Source: Camelus ferus (Eukaryota). From it: a stretch of 64,000 bases of DNA. The notes beneath the pieces are model-generated. The model was not told where the DNA came from. It ran no database searches and worked only from the letters and a program-made list of their open reading frames with translations. The position numbers and the translations under genes were made by a program. The stretch is taken from positions 106,084,001 through 106,148,000 of the forward strand of contig NC_045697.1 in the NCBI RefSeq assembly GCF_009834535.1, written 5' to 3'. Each line of letters opens with the position of its first letter. The stretch's first letter is position 1. Shown one piece after another: positions 48,990 to 61,699 of the stretch.

Positions 48990-49885
48990 AAGGGATCGAG
49001 GAGAAAAAAGGAGCTTATCTAAGTAACTTCGGAAAACAGTGTTTTGACTGAAAACTGGAGGCTAAAGACAAAATGCAAGTAGATAGAAACAGAAGGATAG
49101 ATATGGTAGTAATTATAACTATGTGTACAAACAGGAGTTTGTATTCATATATATATTTCCTAGATATGTCCACTGAGAGAAACTGGAAACACTGATACCT
49201 CAGGAGCAAAGAGCACATCTAGTGTCCAGATTTTTGTTTCTAAAGACTATTCTCCAACAAAAGGAACCAAGACTCCTCAGAGAAATGGACTAGGACCAAC
49301 AGTTCTAGGACTAGGGCAGATAATACAAGACGAGTCTGCAGAATACTGTAGTGACAAAAGAAGCATTCAAAAAACAAAAGGATAGAGAAACATCAGTTAA
49401 AGAGACAGGAGCCACCATGAAAAAGCTCCCAACGTCTACTGCTGGAACAATCTGAGTAACAACAACAACAAAGTAATGTAGTATTAGATTATAACACATA
49501 GTATGAAAGAAATAGACATGAGTACATACTGATATAAACAAATGACTGATAAACAAAAAGGGGGGAAATATCTAAGAGTTCTTAATAATTTATGTCACTG
49601 CTTCCACCTCCAGGAAAAAAAGTCTAATTCCTCCATTCCTCCCAACCCCCTTTCCCATACAGGATTTAGTTATGTGCTTTCAAAAAAGTAGACTGCAGAA
49701 GGCGGGTGGGAGGAAAGTTACTTTACGGCGAGTGGAGAAACCTGACAAACACTACCTTGGTCAGGTAATTAATGTTACTATCACAGAGGATAAATCATAT
49801 TGATAGCATGTTCCTGCTGATATGATGTGACAAGAAGGGCACTTCACCTTTGTGACATTCTTTCAAAAGTGTATACCTTCAGCAT
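48990..49885 (+). mobile_element. L1MC/MD-type 3' UTR fragment
   Basis: GAGCACATCTAGTGTCCAGATTTTTGTTTCTAAA, AAAGGAACCAAGACTCCTCAGAGAAATGG, AGTGGAGAAACCTGACAAACACTACCTTGGTCAGGTAAT, AGAAGGGCACTTCACCTTTGTG. Confidence 0.8.
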
Positions 49886-50349
49886 TATAATATAATATAA
49901 CCTCAGCAATAATAGCAACAATGTGAGTAACAGCTGCCACTTAACCCACACTTGCTCTGTGTTGGGCACTGTGCTGAGTGCTTTATTTATCTCACTTTCT
50001 CTTTCTACCAATACCTGATGCTACCATTATTATTATTATAAGAAATTAAGGCTCATTTCAGTGACATGTTTCATTGGGCTGTAAGTACTTGTTGATCCAC
50101 AGATGGATTACAGAACCTTTTATAATAACTCATTGGAAACCACAGCACTATTTATATCACTGATTTTTAAAGCAGGTCAAAATTACATTATATTATTGTT
50201 CGTCTTTTTGTATGTTTGTCCTATATCTTCAAAATATCAGTTAATTCACTTCTTTGTCTCACTGCACTGTCTCTATGAGAGTGTCTTACAGATAAATGAG
50301 AATTCAATAAATAATTTTGATGATGCTTATTTTTGTTTTATAAAAATTA

Positions 50350-51150
50350 TATCATATTATGCATATTTTTCTTTCCTCACTCAAGAATTATTCATGGAAA
50401 TTCCTTCAAGCTAACTAGCATAGCTCTAATTCATTATTTTAAGTGGTACATAGTATTTTGTGGCATGAATAGACCATAATATTCCACTACTGATTAACAT
50501 TTACTTTGTTCCTCAGCTTTTCCAAATAAGAATAATGCTAAAATAAGCGTTTTGTGTTTATTAGGTAGTGCTTTTATTTCCATGTGACAGATTCCCAAGA
50601 TGGAGTACAGAGTCAAATGTATAGACATCTTAATGTTAATTGATATTATCAAGGTGTTTTCTAAAACACTATACAATTCATATTTTTACCAGCAATGTGT
50701 AACAGTACTTCTTTGTTCATATTCCAGCCAGCAACTGAAGTTATTGTTTTGGTTTGGTTTGGTTTGAGCCAATCTAAAAGCTGTTAGTCCATTGAGTTTT
50801 CTCACCTGTTAGTGACTTTGAGCATCACTGCATGTATTCAACTGCTGCTGGATTTTTGTTTTGCCAGTGGTTACTCACATCTCTTGTCTATTTTGCTATG
50901 ATTGTCCCCTTGTTCTCAATTTTAAATAGCTCATTGTCTTAAACCTCTGTCTTCTAAAATACAATTCCACACCAAATCAAATTTTTAAATAAATTTTCTT
51001 ACTGGTCTTTTTCCATAGAAAAGTTTTGAAATTTTTATATAAAGCCAGGGTCATTTTTCTCTTTTTTTTGTATTCTTTATTGAATACTATCTTTCCTGCT
51101 CCTACCTTAAATATGTTGTTTTCTAGATTTCCTCTCAGATTTATGTATTT
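50350..51150 (-). mobile_element. Old L1 (L1ME-type) fragment
   Basis: Antisense motifs GTACATAGTATTTTGTGGCATGAATAGACCATAAT, TTTTACCAGCAATGTGT, AGTGACTTTGAGCATC. Confidence 0.65.
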
Positions 51151-52006
51151 ATTTACTTACTTATATATTTATTTACTGAGATGTTGTTCAAGTTTTCTCA
51201 TTGCCTCTTTTAGTATCTATTGATATTATATTTTTTTCTCCTTAAAAGTGTTGATGTAATAAACTTGGGAATAGAATTCTTAATCGTTAATACAGTATCA
51301 TCCTTTGTTGGGAACAGAATGTGTCTTGACCTTAGTGTAGTGTCCTTTAATAGATGGCTGGGACAACTTACTTGTCACCAAGTACTCCATACTCATGACT
51401 ACTAAGACAAAGAATGGCAACCACTTCCACCTTGTCAGAAACCTTTCTGGATCTTTCAGACCCAATCACAAGAAACTGACTCTCAGTAAGAGCCTTTCAG
51501 CCAGGTTTATATAAAAGTGGCTGGGACTGCTTCAATGACCTGGCTCTCATTCTCTGCCCAGTGTTTAAACAATGAGGCTTTGAAGCAAAGACATTAGAGA
51601 TGAAAATAAAAGAGCAATTTTAGAGTTCTCAAATGGAGATTCTTCATCATATTTCTTTAAGGAGGTGATAGAAAATGACAAAGTAATACAAGCAGAAGAC
51701 TTTGGAATCTGTAAAACGCACAAATAAGAAATTTTTCTGAGCTGATGTACATCCTAATATTCCAAACAAATATATGAGATTAACATAAGGAGGAGGACCA
51801 TTTAGGTTAGGAAACACATTTCAATTTCGAGAAAAAATGTGTACGAATGCTTTTTACCCCAGATGTTCTCGATAACTTAGCACATCCCTTGGCCTCCCTT
51901 GGCTTCTGTCTTCTTGCATAAAGTGAAAAGCGGTACAGTATTACTACAATAATCCACTAGGAAATGCTCAAGCAAGTGCTGCATTATTCATTTTCGTCTG
52001 TATTAG

Positions 52007-52081
52007 GACAACAGCAGGGTGAAGATTCAGATGGCCAAACTGCCTTTGAGAAGAAACAGTCACAAGAAAAAGTGTTCCGAT
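52007..52081 (+). other. Candidate exon (75 nt)
   Basis: Acceptor TTCATTTTCGTCTGTATTAG, donor GAT|GTATGT; unique sequence. Confidence 0.25.
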
Positions 52082-52269
52082 GTATGTGCACAACAGAAAA
52101 GAGCAAAGACGCGTCAAACCATCTGTGTTATAACCTATTGAGCTCTAACTGAAATCCGATTGATCTTAATAGGATTTAGATAAGGACACTTAACAGACAA
52201 AATTTTCAAAGCAGGATGGTCAATATCTCACCAGGAAGCGATAAAAATTCTTGTGACAAGTTTGGCACA

Positions 52270-52500
52270 AAGCTAACTTTGGAATCAGAAAGACCAGAAT
52301 TCAAATACCAGCACTTCTAACGTAGCATCTCTGTGATTTTAGGAAAGATGAGCTTGCATTTCTTCAACTGTAAAATGAAGATAATAACAGTACATACCTA
52401 AAAGGATTAGTATAGAAATTTAATGAGAAAAACCAGATAAACCACTTGCCTTAGATTTGAATGCATCATAATTTCTTAATAAATTTTAGCTGTTATTATT
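52270..52500 (+). mobile_element. MIR SINE
   Basis: CTTTGGAATCAGAAAGACCAGAATTCAAATACCAGC...TTTCTTCAACTGTAAAATGAAGATAATAACAGTAC...AATAAATTTTAGCTGTTATTATT. Confidence 0.85.
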
Positions 52501-53049
52501 GCCCCCCTCTTCTTTTATGTCATCCTCCACTGAGATGGGGATTAGTTTATCACCATCTGCCCCATTACATACTTATTTATTTATTAGGTATATTGAATTT
52601 TTTAAAAAATACTGTCCTTGTTACATAAGTGCAACTTCCAGATAAGCAAACCACCTCTTCCATAGACTGCCAGATGGTTCCCTCTAACCTTTTCATATGT
52701 AGAGATTCTCTAGGTACCACTGACATGCCTACATTCTGATGTGAAGAACACTGGAATGTATAATTCTTCCTCCATCCTGATTGATTTTCAACACATAATA
52801 CTAGCTCCTCTGCCCATACCCCCAGTTAAACTCTGAGGAATATAAATTCTTCATTCTGTTCAATCTTCTTAGATAAAACTATCTGATATATCCCAGAGAT
52901 CTACCAACACACAGCCCAGTCTTCCTGCCCTTCTACCTTTTCCTTCTTTTATGACCATGACTCTAGAAATATTGTAAGACTCAGGCTGGTAAAATCCTAC
53001 TAGTTTCCTTCTCCCAGACCTTGAATCAAGGCAATGACAAATTCTGAGT

Positions 53050-54330
53050 AAGCATATTTATTAAGGTATTTAATGCCTTTCCATACAGGATCCACAACTG
53101 TGGAAAGGCTTAGAACAGGATATGGCCATAGTGTAAATATTCTCAGTTATACTTTACGACTAGTTGTCACTCTTTGTCATATCAAAGCAAATTCGGGGCA
53201 ACTTCCTACTACCAAAACGCAATGCAGTAGGCACTTGTCCTGTGTCTGAGAGGCATCTAACAATAACATCGACTTTGTCACACTAGAAGCAAATAACAAA
53301 GATTAATCTCTAATGTAAGACTGAGTCTGGCTCTGACAGGGACAGGAAAACCTGTTTATCTCCACCAAAAGGACTTCATTTAATAGGTACCCACCTCCAA
53401 TGGGCTGAAGCATACCTGCAGTGTTTTTGTCTCCAAGAGTATCCAGCTTTCCAAGCTCCATCATTCTAGAGTCTGATGGAATCACGTTTTACCCCCTCAG
53501 ACTGTGTTGGCACTATGGTGGCAGACTGTGGTGTCACTAGCAAGAACTCAGAAGGGTTTCCGATTTTGTGATGAAAACCAGGGTTAGTCAGTACATCTTT
53601 ACCATGTAAAGCTCCTATGCAAACATGATCCAGTTTTTCCTGATTCTCCAAGATTCTTTCTACTATTGCTGACAGGTCACGGAAGTTAATTTTCAGCCTG
53701 AAAATCCAGCATTTTTCTTCTTGTCAGAGATGCCCAGGAACTGCACAGATAAACTCCAGCAACCATTTCTCAGTAAGTCCACCCCAGAAACATTTTTGTG
53801 GAGCTGAGTCCATGGAAAAACCCCTGTTCTTAAGCATTCTAGAGCACACTTAGCATTTTCTGCTTACAAAGAAGCCAATCCCTCAGAGATTTAGTGGCAT
53901 GTTCTTAACATGACCAAGTCCTTTTTCTCCATTTGATGCTTCTTATGAATTTCTCAAGTGTTAAAAAAATTATTGTAATTAGTCTGAACCAAGGAAAAAT
54001 TTTACTCAGTTTCAAGTTCCACAGCAGTGGACACAGTCTCACATTCTCAAAGGTCCAAGTTTATCTTACATGAACATCCTCTGAACAGAATTTCTAACTC
54101 TTCAGAACAGTTAGTCTCCATTAAGACTTGATTAAAACTCATGTCCAACTGGAAATTTAATAAAGTACTTCTTTAGACTTCCTTAATTTAGTAAATTTAT
54201 ATGGTACTGCATAGGTCTGCATCTCCTTCTGGCATATCTTGCTTTAAGCAGGGCATTCTAAACACAACTGTCATTATTTAGCACAAGTTCAGTTTTGTTG
54301 ATGCCTCTCTCCTTCACAGCATCCTTTGAC
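53050..54330 (-). mobile_element. Very ancient non-LTR RT fossil, probably RTE-X/L4-like
   Basis: Minus-strand frames give, in RT order, NAGF.., LSAIVERILENQEKLDHVCI, IGNPSEFL, AGMLQP..LLNEV and SLLFAS, resembling degenerate QAGFR, LxxIxEKxxExxxxLxxxFID, GxP, QGCxLSP and LLFADD. Confidence 0.45.
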
Positions 54331-55029
54331 CAGAAAAAAAAAAAAATGGTGAAATGTACTCCTGGCTCCAGTACAGAATAAATTTAATGCTGAATACAGT
54401 AAATTGGGTTTAAAATTCTTGGTTGTAGATCCCATAATGCTACCCAAATGTAATTCAGGGGTTTATGTGACCCCATTTATGGTATAATCTAAGGTAAGGA
54501 TAAAGAATTCTAACTTTTACTCACTATAAGAAAATGCCTAAAATGTAGCTTCCTAAAAATTCTTTTAAAGTAATCCTTAGACAGCTTTTCAATAGTCAAT
54601 ATTTTTATATATCCATCCAAGCTCCCTTTAAAACTATTAGCTGTTTCTCTACTCATCATTAGTTCTTCAACATCAATCCTATGAATTGTTTTGGTCACTA
54701 TCCTCAAAATTTAACCACTCATGGCAGCTGTCAAAAAAAATTCTATTTTTTTACTCTCTCTTTCATCCAAATATCAAGAAGTAGCCCCAGCCTTCCCTAA
54801 TCCCTTCGTCTGTTCCTACACTGTTAATACGCATAGTCTCCTGAAACGCTGCCCTCACCTTGCATGTCTACCTCTATAAGGCATCTCTGGAAAGACGTTT
54901 TTCTTCTACTGTGACTGGTTTTTAGGTGAGACTCAGTCTATTCCCACACCCACCCCCCCCCCCGCCTCCTTGAATTCTGGAGCATGAAATTCTCTAACAT
55001 TCTAACTACTAATGTTGTAACGGTTGTAT

Positions 55030-56925
55030 AGGTAAGGAAACTCAGTATTGGAGGGGCTAAGTAACTTGTCTAAGGAAGTGGGGGACTATGAATGAAAACC
55101 CAAGTCAGCATTACCCCAGAGTTTGAGTCAGGCAGGCAGCATGGCATGGTGGTTACAAAGACCAACTCCAGGCCATACTGTCTGGGTTTAAATCACCACA
55201 GTGCTGCTTACCATCTGTGTGCCTTAAACAATTCCTCTATGCTTCAGTTTCTACATTTGTAAAATAGGGGATTATGACTGCATTGCTCCCTATTCCTGTG
55301 AGGATTAAATGAGTTAATACATTAGCAAAATACACACAGTAAAACTGCTTAATCAGTCATTAATTGTTACACTGTATTATCTTTCAAATTCAAAAAATAT
55401 TTTTAAAAATAAATTTAAATTTATCAAAGTAATATAGATTACTAATCTCCAACTCAAGTTATAAATATGGAAATAACTTGGCTTATTTAACAAAGGAATA
55501 ATTCACTGACCTATCTATGTCAGATGCTTTATTAGTCGAACCCTCAATCAGAGTTTAAAATATGTAGCAGGAACTTGATGAGGAAGAGGAGGATAATGAC
55601 AATAATTGCTCACATTTATTGAGACCTTATGTGTACGAGGTACTTACTTGATGCAGTGGTAAGTACTTTAGTCACCCCTGTTTACAAATGGGGAAACTGA
55701 AGCTAACAGGTTAAGTAACTTGCTCAAGATTAAGGAGGCATTAAATGCCAAAGCTTAGGTTTCAACACACTGGGGTGCTTACAAAGCCTACAGAGCCTAC
55801 AGCTGACAAGACATAACTGGACATATTTTCAGATAAATATGTTTCAATTATTTATGAGTCTAGTTGTTACTTCTTCAGTTTATTTTTCATTGCACTTACA
55901 TTTGACTGTGTAATCTAAAGTTGTGCTTTGGTCATAGACTCATAGTAGCTGCTACTGATAATAAGTTTTAGGTACAAAAAATAATCATTTAATATAAAAT
56001 GTTCACTGAATCTTAGAATAAAAAGAACTCCAGGGCTGTGCCTGTTAAATCTATGGACCTGCAGACAAATAAACTAAAATATAATTTTCCCAAGAACCCT
56101 GTAAGATAGCCTCATATTGAAATGGAGAAGCCTATAGCCCAAAAAGGTTAGGAGCAAGTCTAGAGTCAGTAAGCAAGTGGCAGAATGAGGATTTGTAGCA
56201 GGTTACTTTTCCTGATCTCAAAGCAATTCCCACAAAACTGATCAGTCTTCAAAAGTGAGCATTATTCCTTAAGTTTGCCAGTTATAACTTTAAATTTTTT
56301 TCTTATTAAAACCTAATTTAATAAAATAGATATGTAATCATACTCTCAAATGCATCTTTTAATTCTAGTGGCATTATTTCCTGGTTTTGAAAGACGAAAT
56401 TAGTGGTGTTCCTAGAATTTGTATCATTTGGCATCTACTGTATTAGTAGTAAAGATTTTACATATAATATCCATCATATCATATCTAGATAGCACAAGAG
56501 CATTGTGTACCAGTCTAGACATTTTCATGCCTGAGAATTTATAATGCAATCTGTGTGTCTGTAAGATATAATACACTATAATCTCAATTTTACACACTGA
56601 GGAAACTGAGGCACAGGTATTTTGAACAAATTTCCTATAGTCACAACATTAGTAAATTCGTAACTGGACTTCAAACCCAAGTGGAGTTGGTGAAGTGCCT
56701 GACTCCAGTATAAAACACCAATAGCAGCAGCAGTAACAGCGATGAATCAGACTCAAGGCAAGCACTTTCATGCATTTTCTCAATATTGTTGATACCAATG
56801 CTATGGGATGTTACTATTGTAACTCTCGTTTTATAGATGACAAAACCATGGTTCACAGAAGTTAAATAACTTGTACAATGTCACATACTTAATGAATGGC
56901 AAGATCAGGATTAGAATATAGTCAA
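55030..56925. mobile_element. Cluster of about six MIR fragments (approx. 55030-55120 -, 55133-55370 +, 55595-55770 -, 56095-56210 -, 56520-56710 -, 56740-56925 -)
   Basis: Repeated MIR cores: CTTCAGTTTCTACATTTGTAAAATAGGG; TTTACAAATGGGGAAACTGAAGCT; TGAGGAAACTGAGGCACAG; CAGAAGTTAAATAACTTG. Confidence 0.75.
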
Positions 56926-57111
56926 CAGACTTCTTTCTTTTGCCTTTTGCCTTTTGCCTGAATATTAATTACCTGCATGCACATTTAATTGAGATTTTAT
57001 ATATATATGTATATATATATTTATGCACATGGTGATCTTAGTTCCAGGAATTTAAATTTAAAATAATTATATGAGCAATTTATAAACATTTCTAGTCTCA
57101 CATATTGACTC

Positions 57112-57698
57112 TGCAGTGGATATTGTGGATTGACTCCTCCCTTCAACCTGACTTCTAGATCTGGAGCCACTGGAAATACAAAACCTGTATTTGTGAGATG
57201 ACCTTGAAGCTGACTCTGGATGTTAATTAGCTTCTACCAATTAGCTGCACTTTCTTGAGATTTGGAAGGCAAAAATGATGTGGAGATCATTTTTCTACTC
57301 ATTTTTTTTTCCTTTCTGCTAGCAAATAAGGTCAAGGAAAGGCAAGTGTGTCCTGCTCCAGTGTTCCAAGGAGTCTCACCTGGACTCCTGGGTGATAGAA
57401 GTTTTTGCAGCAGTAGCAACAATAACATCTTCCTGACTTCACATTCTGATTTCTGGATCAGTTACTGGAGTGTATTCTTGCATTCATAGCTGCAGTGGCA
57501 GCCACCAAGATGGCAGCTTCCCTGGGGGGTCAGGCCTTCATTGCTCTGAGAGTCATTCCTGGAAGCCCAAACTAGAAACCACCCCCTTCACCATCCAACT
57601 TTTTTTTTTTACAGTATTAATGTAATGTATCAAATCCATTTCTTCATAACATTTCTAGTGCACCTTTTCATTTCCAGTGCTGAGCCTTGACTGATAAA
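57112..57698 (+). mobile_element. LTR33-like ERVL solo LTR
   Basis: Starts TGCAGTGGATATTGTGG; CCAATTAGCTGCACTTTCTTGAGATTTGGAAGGCA; ends TGAGCCTTGACTGATA. Confidence 0.65.
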
Positions 57699-58710
57699 GT
57701 ATCCATTGTTTGAATTGTATTACTGCTGTCTGGTAGTTCTTGGAGCTGCTGCATTTAGAGACTGTGCTCCTGCTGCATCCTCCAGCTTCATCTCTTCAGG
57801 CATCCCAGCCCATCTTCTTTGCCTCGTCCCCCTTTCCTTAGTAACCCTGTCCATTCACTACTTCAAAACCATTTATGAAAACCATTTTGTCAATCAAGCC
57901 TGATTTATCCTTTGGTTCTGGTTTAGGAATGTTAGTATCATTTTGAAAGGAAAAGAAAATTCAGGAAATAGAACGTTCAGATTTTGATTTGTTTTAAGGC
58001 TTAATGACAGTGTTCCTAAAGAAGGGAAGTCTTGTTTGTTCGTTTCCCTTTTCTCTGACGTATCTGAACTAGGAAATATGTCCTGATACCTAGCCCCCAA
58101 GTCCTGCCACTTCACCACTGATGCTGCATCCTTCGATGCTGCTACTGGTAGTGCTTCCCCCTTGCCCTGAAAATTCTGTTTCAAAAAGGAGTGTAAGTAC
58201 TGTACTTGGTACTTTGCATTTGCCACAAAATATAAATGTTTTCATGACGTGTGTGTAAAAGTTAGAAGTCAAGATCACTGCCAAGTCCCTTGCCTTTAGC
58301 AGTTTTGCACCAAAACCTTTGTGCAGAAAACCTAAGTTTTGAGAATCGCGCCTTTTTCTTTTTTTAGAATATTCTTTATTAGCAAAGTTTAGCCTCTGCA
58401 TAGCCATTAAGGAAGTTCCAAATCCATTCAGTTAAAAAGCTCAATAACTTCATATCAAACAATAAATATTGGTCCCAGAGCACCTTGCTGAATTTGTACT
58501 CAGCTGCACACTAAAATAAATACCACACATATTTATAAGTGATGGTTGTTGGGAAGAATATCAGAAGGGTAAACAACATTTGGGGAAACCAGCCGCCATT
58601 TGTTTCTTTTGTACCTGACCAAAAATACGTTCAGCTGGTATTTGTGCTGCTACATAGATGGGCGCCTACAGCCCATCTGATACTTCTGCTTTCATCCTCT
58701 TTCTCTGCAG

Positions 58711-58850
58711 AAGGGAAGGAAGAGACAGAGAGATCAAAAACTGTGCCCAAGTCCCAAAATACCACAGCCAAACCAGAGAAGTACCCTAACAAAGGAGAAA
58801 CTCCATGTTGTCAGGAGCTGAGTTATCTCCTACTTTTTGGTTTCTGGATG
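58711..58850 (+). other. Candidate exon (140 nt)
   Basis: Very strong acceptor CTGATACTTCTGCTTTCATCCTCTTTCTCTGCAG, purine-rich exon start, donor ATG|GTAATT. Confidence 0.4.
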
Positions 58851-59588
58851 GTAATTGGAAAGGATTTTGTAGAAAAAAAAATTAAGTAAAATACAATTTC
58901 CACTCTCAAACTTTTTCAAGCATTAGTTTGAAAGTTCATCAGGTTACTGCACTTCTGTGGAAAGAACTGGAACTTTTTGCACTCTGGTTTCTCTCCAGAT
59001 CTTTAACAAAAACCAAAACATAAATATAATTCCCATTTCTATTTTAGTTGCTATTCCATTGTGTTGTCCCTAAATATTGTAATTCATTGATTCTTCCTCC
59101 CAGTTTACGTTTCTTTATATTCAGATTGGATGTATGGAATTTCCTTTGCAAACAGTATTAGATGCTGCAAGATTATTTTACTTTAAATGTACTATAAATA
59201 GTCATTTGATGAAACAAAGAAATGTCTACTCTGTTTTCACTGACAGGGTCAGAGGGGTATATTTGAGTATTTTGTTTCCAACAATTTATTAGGAACACTT
59301 TCAAACGTACTAAAACTGTGAATGACTTATACAATGAAAATTTCCATTTCTTAGATTTCTCCAATCAGTATTTTACTGTATTTTCTTTATCACATGTCTC
59401 TCCATCTATCTGTTCTATTTAAGGATTTTGTAATCAAACATCAGGAAGAATCAGCTGAAAAACATTAAAAAGGGCATGACTGAATAGAAATATCCTGACT
59501 TTAATAATGTGTTCAACAGTTTGACTTTGCTTTTTCCTATCTAAACATTACTATAAAAATATGGAAGATGTTTGAAATGAACACTGGG

Positions 59589-59655
59589 GTTCAATTCCCA
59601 CTACCTCCATTTAAATAAATAAATAGATTAAATAAATAAATAAATAACAAATAAA
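59589..59655 (+). mobile_element. 5'-truncated Vic-1-like SINE (B-box remnant plus tail) with perfect 16-bp TSD
   Basis: GTTCAATTCCCACTACCTCC + (TAAA)n; TSD TGAAATGAACACTGGG at 59573-59588 and 59656-59671. Confidence 0.88.
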
Positions 59656-61163
59656 TGAAATGAACACTGGGATTATGACTCCTATCGATGTTTTCACCAG
59701 GTTTTCCCGTTTTTCAATAAAGTAGTGTTTGTTGAGCAGTAGAGGAGAAAGGGTTATCACTGAATATCAGACTAATATATAAAGCTCCTTACATGCGATC
59801 ACTCTGCCCTCGATTTTTAAATAATGGAGTTTTATAAAAAAGATTGAGTGAAGGACTCTAAAGCGATAAACTACAGAGAGATACAAGATGCTATTGCCAA
59901 AAACAGATAGCACTCAATTAGTTTTTTTAAAGGCATTCTTATCACATCTCCCCCTAATATTAGCTTTCTCAATAAACAATAGCCTGCTGCAATATTGCCA
60001 GGGTTGCCCAGCTGAGATGACAATGTGCAATGACAGATGATCGGGACCATCCGAAATTGTTGATGTTATTCACAAATGGTACTCACTGGCCCTTCGGTTT
60101 TTAAGATTATCTTATGACTCTAACAAGAAACCAGATTAATATTTATGTGGTAAGGGAGATAAGAAGTGCATTTTTCTGCAATAGAAAAGGAACTAAAAAT
60201 ATGTTGTGGGTCTGTTTTCATGTACTAACTTTTATCTAATTGAGTCTAATGTGTACATAAAAAGCAAAAAAAGCAATAAGCACACATCTTTCTGCTTTTT
60301 AAAAATATTTTAAATATTGTATGTCTATTCAAGACCTTAGTTAAGATTTTCAGATTGCATTTGCTATAAATGAAGGTAAAAGAGGTAGGGAAAAATATCT
60401 CTACAATTTAATGTAATAATGCCACCATTCACACTCGTTTATGTCAGTCTCTGTTTTTGAAACATATGAATTAGTATATTAAACTACAAGGTCAAATTAA
60501 AGTTTAGGATAATATTTTATAATCTGTTCTTTTTCTCCAGAACATAGAAAATGTCTAGTTTTAAAACAAACAAACAAAATCATTATTTTAAATCATCTAG
60601 CTAAAATGTTATATTTTCAAGATATTTTTGCACACTGCCCAGTTTGATAGGATTGAAACATCTGACATTTTGAAAGGAAATGAAATATTATTTACATGCT
60701 AGAACTAAAGTAAGATACATTGAAATCTTTGTAATATTATAATATTTCTAAATAAGACATAAAGCAATTGCTAGCTTATGATAAACAAAAAATTTCTTAA
60801 TATTATCTGTGAGGCTCTGAAAGGTCTGGCTCCTTCCTGTCTTTCCAGTCTCATCTAGAATTATGTTCACAGGGTTTCCAAGTAAGTCAACTCCTTAGTT
60901 TTCTCCTCCCTTAATGAGATGCTGTTTCTGTCTTTTAAGGATTCTTCCTCCTTCTCTCTGACTTGGTATCAAATTCTATGCCTTGAATACTTCTCTGTCT
61001 CCACTCTCTTCTGTCCTTATCCAATCCCATGCCCTTAAATATCATAAATTTGTTAACGATGATCAAATTTAAATCTTCAGCTTCAAGAGTCTCTAAGCTT
61101 CAGATCTGATGTGAAAGGGGTGCTAAGATCCCCTGCATATCAGGGGTGAAAGATGAACCCTTT

Positions 61164-61339
61164 CAGTGATGTGCTGGAATGGCCAGAGCAAGAGTGACAG
61201 ATCTCTTCCTAATTCTGTGTTCAGTGACATCAGTATCGGCAGCTTGAAATGAGCTATATTGGGAATATTTAGTCCATGAGAATCAGCAAGTTCTACAAAT
61301 CCCCACCCACCTCAGAGCTAGTCTAGCAGCATGTAACTG
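61164..61339 (+). mobile_element. MER63A-like hAT (Blackjack) MITE
   Basis: CAGTGATGTGCTGG...TTCAGTGACATCAGTATCGGCAGCTTGAAATGAGC..GGGAATATTTA..CTACAAATC...CAGCATGTAACTG. Confidence 0.7.
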
Positions 61340-61699
61340 CCTATAACATCTTGAAGTGGCCCAAGAAAATCAGGGACAGGAAGATCCTGAGTAATTAAAA
61401 TGCTCTTTTTGCCTGTGGGAAACTGATTATTGTTTGTGTTATTCCTTGAAGATCATTTTCAAAATCTATTGTTTCAGTTTATTTAAAGTATCTCTGTAGA
61501 AACAAAGTTCCAAATCCTGATCAGCAGCTAGATTTGGTGGCCTTGGGATATTTAACCTCTGCATTCAGATGAAATAACAAGGTTAGGGTAATACGTGAGG
61601 TCAGAGGAAGCAAATTTAATGACTTGAAGAAATTTTTGCTAATAATTATTATCTAGATCAGGATCCTATGATATTGACATCTCTAACCCCTTCCCTACT

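Noticed and set aside
54943..54966. G-quadruplex on the minus strand (C-run)
   Set aside because: A simple poly(C) tract with no supporting regulatory context
58539..58889. 116-aa single-exon gene
   Set aside because: Reads through a strong polypyrimidine acceptor; better explained as intron plus candidate exon; no homolog recognised
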